From NCBI GenBank assembly GCA_964541305.1, contig CAZIPE010000006.1, positions 1,957 to 65,956 of the forward strand: a stretch of DNA of 64,000 bases, read 5' to 3'. Shown piece after piece: positions 36,376 through 43,112 of this stretch. The DNA is from an uncultured Candidatus Saccharibacteria bacterium (GTDB lineage Bacteria; Patescibacteriota; Saccharimonadia; Saccharimonadales; UBA7683). The notes under the pieces were generated by a model. It saw only the letters and a list, made by a program, of their open reading frames with translations, made no database searches and was not told the DNA's origin. Each line of letters starts with the position of its first letter. The stretch's first letter is position 1. The position numbers and the translations under genes were made by a program.

Positions 36376-39177
36376 TTAGCTACAGCCAGAGGTGGTACCA
36401 CAACTTGTACAGACGTAACAACTGCCCGCTCTTTGAGTTTGATTGCCACAACTGTAGCAAAGTGGTGCGGTCTCGCCTGTTCCCGGCAAACTGGTCACTT
36501 CAGATTTGGGTATCTCAAAGTGTGGCTCAGGTGCAACAACAGGCTCTAGGTGAACATCCATTGGTTGAGTAGGAATTGCATTTTCAATCTGGCCTTCAAG
36601 TAAATTTGCTTGATGCGAAAGCGCTTCGGCCTCTAGGTCGTCGAGACTCGCAAGACCAAGCTCAAGTTGATCATCTATGCTCAAATATTCTTTTGCTAGA
36701 CGCCTAAATATGTAGTCTACCAAGCTCGATGCTGTTTGAATTTCAGGATCATCCGTCATACCCGCTGGTGCGAAGGCAACATTAGTCATACCGCGGACAT
36801 ATGCCTTGAGTGGAACACCATACTGCAAGCCATAGCTAATTGATCGAGCATAGGCATCCATCAAACCAGCAAGCGTAGATCCCATCTTGGCAACGCTCAT
36901 GAAGAGCTCACCTGGGGTGCCATCTTCAAACTCACCAACCGTGAAGTAGCCGTGACAATCAGCAACACGGAAGCTAAATGTCCTTGCATTGCGAGAACGA
37001 GGCATTTTGCGTCGAACATGTGGTTGCATGGCAATAAGTTGTTGGGTTATCTTCTCGGGGGATTCCGCAACATGTGCTGAAAGTTCATCTTTCTTTTCTT
37101 CCTTGCTTGAGGAAAGTGGCTGAGCAACTTTTGAGCCGTCACGGTAAATTGCCACCGCTTTCAGACCCAACTTCCAGCTCTCCATGTGGAGCTCTTCAAT
37201 GTCCTCAGCCGTTGATTCAACCGGCATATTAACTGTCTTTGAAATCGCACCAGATATGAATGGCTGAACGGCACCCATCATCTTAACGTGACCCATGTAG
37301 TGAATTGAGTTTTCACCAACGGCACACGAAAATACACTGTAATCTTCTTTCTTAAGATGTGGTGCGTTAATCACATTGCCCTTTTCGTGAATAAAGGCAA
37401 CGATGTCTTTTATCTCGTTTTCTGAATAACCCATGGTGCGAAGGGCACGAGGAATAGTCTGATTGACGATAATCATATTTCCGCCACCAACAAGTTTCTT
37501 AAACTTAGTGAGCGAGAAATCTGGTTCAACACCGGTAGTATCACAATCCATCATGAAACCAATCGTACCGGTTGGTGCAAGTACACTAGCCTGGGAATTA
37601 CGCACTCCATAGCGCTCGCCTAACTCTACTGCGTCATCCCACACCTCGGCTGCCGCACTGAGCAGATCTTCGGCTACAAGAGCTGGGTTGATTTCACGTA
37701 CTGCGTCACGGTGTTGTTTGAGCACCTTAATCATTCCTTCGCGGTCTTTGTGGAATCCAGCAAATGGACCAACTTGCTTTGCAAGTTTTGCACTCGTTGC
37801 ATAGGCGTGACCGGTCATGACTGCAGTGATAGCAGCAGCTTGAGCCCGACCTTCATCACTATCATATGCCAGACCCTGCGCCATTAGCATTGCACCGAGG
37901 TTTGCGTAACCGAGCCCAAGTTCGCGATAAGCACGCGCTGTTTTGCCAATACTTTCTGTTGGATATTCAGAGTAGCCAACGAGGATTTCTTGAGCAGTAA
38001 ATATAACCTCTACGGTTTGCTTAAACGCCTCAACATCGAATGTGCCATCTTCGTTTAAGTACTTTAGCAAGTTGATTGATGCAAGATTACAGGCTGAATT
38101 ATCAAGATGCATATACTCTGAACAAGGGTTCGAGGCGTTGATGCGCCCTGCGTTTGGTGTGGTGTGCCAGTTGTTGGCCGTTGTATCAAATTGCAAACCA
38201 GGGTCTGCACACTCCCAGGCGCTCTCAGCAATTTGGCGCCATAAGTCGCGGGCTTTCATGGTTTTATACACCTTTTGGTCTTTTACGCCAACCAGGTTCC
38301 AGTCTTGGTCGTTTTCAACTGCCTGCATGAAATCATCAGTCACCCGAACTGAGTTATTAGCATTCTGATACTGCACACTAAAGATGTCTTTTCCATCAAG
38401 GTCCATATCAAAACCAGCCTCTTGAAGAACCCGTGCTTTGCGTTCTTCAATTGCTTTGCACCAGATGAATTCTTCAATATCAGGATGTGATACGTTCAAA
38501 ATAACCATCTTTGCGGCACGGCGTGTCTTACCACCGCTCTTAATGGCGCCAGCGCTTGAATCAGCTCCACGCATAAATGAAAGTGGGCCTGAAGCTGTAC
38601 CAGCACTTTTACCGAGCGGTTCGTAGCTTGAACGAATAGTACTCAGGTTGAGGCCAGAGCCTGAGCCTCCCTTAAAAATCATTCCTTCTTCTTTATACCA
38701 ATTAAGAATTGAGGGCATGGTGTCATCAACAGCTAAAATAAAGCAGGCGCTCGCTTGCTGGGCACGTGAGGCGGCACCAATATTAAACCAGACCGGTGAA
38801 TTAAAGGCGGCCCGTTGTGAAGCCAAAATGTATTTGAGCTCCGCATTAAATGTTTTAGCTTGTTCGGCGCTTACAAAGTAATCTTCCTGTTCACCATGTT
38901 TGGTGATAGTATCAGCTACTCGATCGATGAGTGTTTTTAAGCTCGCTTCTCTGGCTTCTGTTCCTGGTGTCCCACAAAAGTATTTCTGACTAACAATATT
39001 GATGGCATTAAGACTCCAGGTATCTGGAAACTCAACGGCTTTTTGTTCAAACGCAACCTTACCCGTTAACGGGTTATCGATCTTAGAATCTCTCTCAACC
39101 CACGTGAACATATCATACGGATGTGTTCCTTTTTTTGTGAAATAACGCTCCAATTGGAGCGCAGTTGCTTGCGCCAT
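36376..39177 (-). CDS. nrdJ: adenosylcobalamin-dependent (class II) ribonucleotide reductase
   Basis: 933 aa with active-site NPCSEY, a single-chain architecture, and a C-terminal Cys-rich tail (CYSCGNQTQRAGSCYVCTSCGTTSGCS). Confidence 0.9.
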   Translation of the reverse strand: MAQATALQLERYFTKKGTHPYDMFTWVERDSKIDNPLTGKVAFEQKAVEFPDTWSLNAINIVSQKYFCGTPGTEAREASLKTLIDRVADTITKHGEQEDYFVSAEQAKTFNAELKYILASQRAAFNSPVWFNIGAASRAQQASACFILAVDDTMPSILNWYKEEGMIFKGGSGSGLNLSTIRSSYEPLGKSAGTASGPLSFMRGADSSAGAIKSGGKTRRAAKMVILNVSHPDIEEFIWCKAIEERKARVLQEAGFDMDLDGKDIFSVQYQNANNSVRVTDDFMQAVENDQDWNLVGVKDQKVYKTMKARDLWRQIAESAWECADPGLQFDTTANNWHTTPNAGRINASNPCSEYMHLDNSACNLASINLLKYLNEDGTFDVEAFKQTVEVIFTAQEILVGYSEYPTESIGKTARAYRELGLGYANLGAMLMAQGLAYDSDEGRAQAAAITAVMTGHAYATSAKLAKQVGPFAGFHKDREGMIKVLKQHRDAVREINPALVAEDLLSAAAEVWDDAVELGERYGVRNSQASVLAPTGTIGFMMDCDTTGVEPDFSLTKFKKLVGGGNMIIVNQTIPRALRTMGYSENEIKDIVAFIHEKGNVINAPHLKKEDYSVFSCAVGENSIHYMGHVKMMGAVQPFISGAISKTVNMPVESTAEDIEELHMESWKLGLKAVAIYRDGSKVAQPLSSSKEEKKDELSAHVAESPEKITQQLIAMQPHVRRKMPRSRNARTFSFRVADCHGYFTVGEFEDGTPGELFMSVAKMGSTLAGLMDAYARSISYGLQYGVPLKAYVRGMTNVAFAPAGMTDDPEIQTASSLVDYIFRRLAKEYLSIDDQLELGLASLDDLEAEALSHQANLLEGQIENAIPTQPMDVHLEPVVAPEPHFEIPKSEVTSLPGTGETAPLCYSCGNQTQRAGSCYVCTSCGTTSGCS

Positions 39178-39253
39178 TATATATACCCTCTCTTTTTATT
39201 ATTTTTTAAAGTTTTTGTTTAGAGCGAAACCGATCTCCACCTTGGTCACTCCT

Positions 39254-39352
39254 CCCTTACCAGTTGTGTGCTGTAATGCTTTTTGCATTCAGACGATGTT
39301 TGTGTGGGCCATCATGAAAGTGATGTTTCATGATGCACACAAATGGTAAGGG
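39254..39352 (-). promoter_or_regulatory. structured RNA/DNA element in the nrdR-nrdJ intergenic region
   Basis: A 17/18-bp outer stem (39254-39271 with 39335-39352) encloses a 10-bp hairpin (39310-39335) and a 5-bp hairpin (39275-39289). An alternative pairing of 39299-39306 with 39336-39343 is possible. Confidence 0.45.
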
Positions 39353-39367
39353 ACCAATGCCCAAAAT

Positions 39368-39844
39368 TTAAGATTTTTCTGTCTTGCCTCCTTTCCGTGC
39401 CTTAAGGGCACTCAACCCTTCTTCGAAGCTTTTTATGCTCGTGAAATGTCGGTAGACACTCGCGAACCGTACGTAAGCCACCTCGTCAGCTTGTGCGAGC
39501 TCATCCATGACAAGTTCACCAATCTCTTTTGCTGAAACTTCAGGCTTACCTAAATCGTACAGCGCATGCTCAATCCGCGCAACCATTTCTTCGCGTTGCG
39601 GTGCAGAAATAGTCGTTTTTTCACTGGCACGCTCAATCCCTGCAAGAACTTTATTGCGATTGAATAGCTCACGAACACCGCCCTTTTTAACTACTGTGAG
39701 GCTGGGGCGCTCGATTCGTTCGTATGTTGTGAACCTATCAGAGCATTTTTCGCACTCGCGTCGACGCCGAATACTATCTCCACCTGCGACATCACGTGAT
39801 TCTATGACTTTCGATTCACAAGATTGGCACTGGGGACATTTCAC
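39368..39844 (-). CDS. nrdR: transcriptional repressor NrdR
   Basis: The start is set at a GTG giving MKCPQCQSCESKVIESRDV (zinc ribbon), with GGAG 7 nt upstream. An ATP-cone domain follows. Confidence 0.9.
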   Translation of the reverse strand: MKCPQCQSCESKVIESRDVAGGDSIRRRRECEKCSDRFTTYERIERPSLTVVKKGGVRELFNRNKVLAGIERASEKTTISAPQREEMVARIEHALYDLGKPEVSAKEIGELVMDELAQADEVAYVRFASVYRHFTSIKSFEEGLSALKARKGGKTEKS

Positions 39845-39882
39845 TATTTTACTCCGTTTTACTGTTTTTAAGTTTTCCAAGT

Positions 39883-39931
39883 ACGCTTTATATGGTGTAC
39901 TTCCATATCATTATAGCGCTAATGCTAGTGT
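39883..39931 (-). promoter_or_regulatory. candidate tandem NrdR boxes flanking a TATAAT -10 upstream of nrdR
   Basis: On the minus strand, ACACTAGCATTAGCGC (39916-39931) and ACACCATATAAAGCGT (39883-39898) have centres 33 bp apart. TATAAT lies at 39910-39915. Confidence 0.4.
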
Positions 39932-39933
39932 CG

Positions 39934-41232
39934 TCAATCTTTTTCCTCTTCTTTTTCGTTGTGCTTTTTGCGACGGAAGCGACGTAAGAAGGCGGGCACA
40001 TCGTGTTCCTCTTTTTCAACAACCTCGTCAGCTTTTTCTTCAGACTTCTTCGCACCCTCGTCATCACTGCTCGCCCAAATACTTGGATCATGCTTGTCAT
40101 CTACTTTGTGAAATGGAGTTGGTGGCTCGTTCAAGTTATTAGAATGCTCGGTTTCATCATCCATATTTATGGTCTCTACTTCTTCGGGCTCGACGTCGGT
40201 GACGGGTTCGTTGCTCAAAATACTCTCTTCATCGTCGTCGTCTTCACTCTGCGAGGCATTTCGTTTCGTAAAGTATGAACCATCAAAACCAGTCGCTATT
40301 ACGGTAATATCAACCTTACCTTCCATATCTGGCTTAATAGTGGCACCAAATATAATATTGGCATCGGGTGAGACCGCTGCAGTAATCACCTCAGCTGCCT
40401 CATTAACTTCGTGCATTGAAAGATCATTTCCACCAGTGATATTGAATACAACTCCACGTGCACCATCAATTGACACCTCCAGAAGCGGTGATTCAATAGC
40501 TGCTTGCGCTGCAAGAACTGCTCTGTTTTCACCAGTTCCATGGCCAATACCCATAAGTGCTGAACCAGCGTGACTCATAACTGACTTCACATCGGCAAAG
40601 TCGAGGTTAATTAAGCCATGTTCAGTAATTAAGTCTGAAATGCCCTGTACACCTTGACGTAGTACATCATCAGCAACTTTGAATGCCTCAAGTAACGGCG
40701 TATTGCGGTCAATTGTTTGCAATAATCGATCATTCGGAATGGTAATGAGGGTATCAACGTATTGTGAAAGGTTTTGTATGGCAAATTCAGCATTCTTACG
40801 TCGCTTTTCGCCTTCAAAGGCAAAGGGTTTTGTCGCCACACCAACTGTCAAGATATCCATTTCTTTAGCGACTCGCGCCACAATGTGTGCCGCACCGCTT
40901 CCGGTACCACCGCCCGCGCCCAGAGTAATGAATAGCATATCAGTACCTGCAAGTGCCTCTTTTATTTCGCCCTCAGACTCTTCCGCTGCCTTCTGACCAA
41001 CTTCAGGGTCAGCTCCCGCACCTAAACCACGGGTAGTGTCTTTGCCGATATGAATTTTAACTTCAGCTTTGGAATGAAACAGAGCTTGAGCATCTGTATT
41101 AACTGCAATAAATTGCACACCAGTCAGTCCTACGTCTGCCATTCGGTTGACCGCAGAACCTCCGGCACCACCAACTCCCACTACTTTAATTGATGCAAAT
41201 GCTTGTATGTCAGCTGGTTTTACTTCAGGCAT
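39934..41232 (-). CDS. ftsZ: cell division protein FtsZ
   Basis: The start is set at the ATG preceded by GAGGGAG. GGGTGSG tubulin signature and an acidic/basic C-terminal tail. Confidence 0.96.
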   Translation of the reverse strand: MPEVKPADIQAFASIKVVGVGGAGGSAVNRMADVGLTGVQFIAVNTDAQALFHSKAEVKIHIGKDTTRGLGAGADPEVGQKAAEESEGEIKEALAGTDMLFITLGAGGGTGSGAAHIVARVAKEMDILTVGVATKPFAFEGEKRRKNAEFAIQNLSQYVDTLITIPNDRLLQTIDRNTPLLEAFKVADDVLRQGVQGISDLITEHGLINLDFADVKSVMSHAGSALMGIGHGTGENRAVLAAQAAIESPLLEVSIDGARGVVFNITGGNDLSMHEVNEAAEVITAAVSPDANIIFGATIKPDMEGKVDITVIATGFDGSYFTKRNASQSEDDDDEESILSNEPVTDVEPEEVETINMDDETEHSNNLNEPPTPFHKVDDKHDPSIWASSDDEGAKKSEEKADEVVEKEEHDVPAFLRRFRRKKHNEKEEEKD

Positions 41233-41402
41233 GTGTTTCTCCCTCACTTCTTATGTCTCTAGTATAGGTCTTTGAACAAAAAAATCAAATATTTGAACAA
41301 GTTCGTTACACTCACCAAATATGAGTTATTTGTATTGCACCATTTTGGTGTTCGCTGTTTCTACAACACACTGAGCAATACAAAAATGTGTTCAATAATT
41401 AC

Positions 41403-42365
41403 TTAGCTATCCTCGTCAACCAATAGCCAATCTATGAAGCGTGTATGCTTCCTAGATTGATGGTGCGCAACCAGTGACTTATAGCTTGAAGCGTTACGAA
41501 CAGTTAAACTAGTGATAATTTTGTTTCTGGCGGACACATCTAACCTTCGTCCATGAGTCCAAAGGTCAACTCCTAAATAAGAAGCTCCCCTGCTTACACG
41601 CTTTATGTTGTCAATATTTTTGTTAATTTCTAACCCAAGTGTATCTTTTAAGAAGTGCTCAGCACTATTGTGAATATCAATTATAGTTTGCCTTTTAATT
41701 GAAAAACATAACCAATCATCACCATACCTCAAATATGCATTGGGTTTTATATTGTACTTCATAAAACGATCGAACTCGTTTAGATAAATGTTTGCTAGGA
41801 TTTGACTGGTAAGATTACCTATTGGAATGCCCCTATTATTGCCAGAGCTACTGTGACTATCTATGACCTCATCCAAAAGCCACAAGGCTGTCGGGTCATT
41901 TACCCGTCGCCTCAACAATTGTTTCATAGTGTGCTTATCAACCGAATCAAATAACTTCGTTATATCCCCGCGCCACAACCATCCGTCCTTATATTGCCAC
42001 ATAAATTTCTGTGCTCTATCTATAGCGCCGTGCAAGCCTTTATTTTGTCTGCACGACCAAGCATCGTAAATAAAAGTCTTGTTCCAGATTGAAACTAAAT
42101 AGTCATAAAGTAAGCGATGAACTACCCTGTCACGAACAGATGCCACGGCGATATCTCTTCGTTTATTATCGTTGACTATCATATGTGCATAAGGACCGTG
42201 CTTATAAGTGCCTGTTTGAACCTCTGTGGCTAACTTAATGATATTATCCAGCAGATCATATTCAAACTCGACAATGGCTCTGCTAGCCTTTTTGCCTGTG
42301 CGAAAGGCTACGAATGAACGCCATACGTCTGCTAAACTGATACCTATGGAAGAATTACCTGTCAT
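41403..42365 (-). CDS. DGR-type reverse transcriptase
   Basis: 320 aa. IPIGNLTSQILANIYLNEFD (the DGR-typical xxxSQ motif) and YLRYGDDWL (YxDD). There is no maturase or endonuclease domain. Confidence 0.92.
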   Translation of the reverse strand: MTGNSSIGISLADVWRSFVAFRTGKKASRAIVEFEYDLLDNIIKLATEVQTGTYKHGPYAHMIVNDNKRRDIAVASVRDRVVHRLLYDYLVSIWNKTFIYDAWSCRQNKGLHGAIDRAQKFMWQYKDGWLWRGDITKLFDSVDKHTMKQLLRRRVNDPTALWLLDEVIDSHSSSGNNRGIPIGNLTSQILANIYLNEFDRFMKYNIKPNAYLRYGDDWLCFSIKRQTIIDIHNSAEHFLKDTLGLEINKNIDNIKRVSRGASYLGVDLWTHGRRLDVSARNKIITSLTVRNASSYKSLVAHHQSRKHTRFIDWLLVDEDS

Positions 42366-42684
42366 TACTATTGCCTTTGAAATTTACAAAAAATTGTTAG
42401 AGCTTAATACTAAGCTGGACAAAAAGTACCGATACTCCCTTGGTAAACAAACAGCAAAATATTGGTCTGACACCTTGGAGCAACTACTTTTAGCAAAACA
42501 CGCCCCCAAGCCGATGAAGGCAAGTTATTTACTTAGGGCAAACGCGCTCGCCGAAATGACATCATTGCACCTGCGAGCCATCCTTGAACTCAAACTCGCA
42601 AACGAAACAAATGTACTCAAAGTCCAAGCACGCCTGAGCGAGGCGCGCCGAATGATTGGCGGCTGGCTCAAAAGCGTGCACTAG
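42346..42684 (+). CDS. avd: Avd-like accessory variability determinant (four-helix-bundle protein)
   Basis: 112 aa from the ATG at 42346. It has a helical-bundle pattern, and the C-terminus SEARRMIGGWLKSV resembles the Avd and 23S-IVS protein family. It sits beside the TR and RT. Confidence 0.75.
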   Translation: MEELPVITIAFEIYKKLLELNTKLDKKYRYSLGKQTAKYWSDTLEQLLLAKHAPKPMKASYLLRANALAEMTSLHLRAILELKLANETNVLKVQARLSEARRMIGGWLKSVH

Positions 42685-42698
42685 ACTAACACCTACAC

Positions 42699-42811
42699 AC
42701 CTCACCGCGAGACGAGCATCGCCGTCATTCCCGGCATTCGAGTTGTTCAGGTTCGGCTTACCATTCTGGTTCACGTAGGAATTCGGCACAATCGACCACC
42801 TGTCAACCGTT
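42699..42811 (-). repeat. DGR template repeat (TR)
   Basis: 113 bp, direct repeat of 43115-43227. It carries 28 adenines on the minus strand and an AAY-rich frame. Confidence 0.92.
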
Positions 42812-43112
42812 GACTCTCCAAAGTATCCTGTTCACTTATAATCCGCAGAAAATAAGGACCACTCTTCTTTCAGCACCACTTATGACGCTAACACTGGAGA
42901 CCCGTGGGGTGTAAAGGGTTCTTGATGTACTTGTTTGCCGTAAAAAGAGCCACTTTCAATAGAAAGTCTTTTTAGGCAGATACAAGTAACAATCTATCCA
43001 GGGCACCGATAGGTGCTTCAAGCCTTTGGACTACTTACCCCGAAATTATGGTTCGTAAGTAGTTTGCTAGATAAAAGAAAAAGAACAAAGGAAAGGAGCA
43101 AAGTTAAAGGCT

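Noticed and set aside
39178-39367. Cobalamin riboswitch upstream of the B12-dependent RNR
   Set aside because: I could not find the B12-box or the conserved GGUG..AAUCC-type core. In addition, B12 riboswitches normally repress B12-independent isozymes or transporters. I kept the region only as an unknown structured element.
39507-40142. 211-aa plus-strand ORF
   Set aside because: It is antisense to nrdR, the promoter gap and the 3' end of ftsZ. It is Ser/Arg-rich, a typical shadow ORF of well-supported genes.
41403-42365. RT as a group II intron maturase or retron RT
   Set aside because: At 320 aa it has no X/maturase or endonuclease domain. I saw no intron domain V/VI-like RNA and no msr/msd-type repeats. 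The xxxSQ motif, the neighbouring Avd-like gene and the A-biased TR/VR pair fit a DGR.
42562-42789. 75-aa minus-strand ORF (MPNSYVNQNGKPNLNNSNAGNDGDARLAV...)
   Set aside because: This is the TR read in the VR frame and then continuing antisense through avd. The Asn-rich frame is the expected TR signature, not an independent gene.
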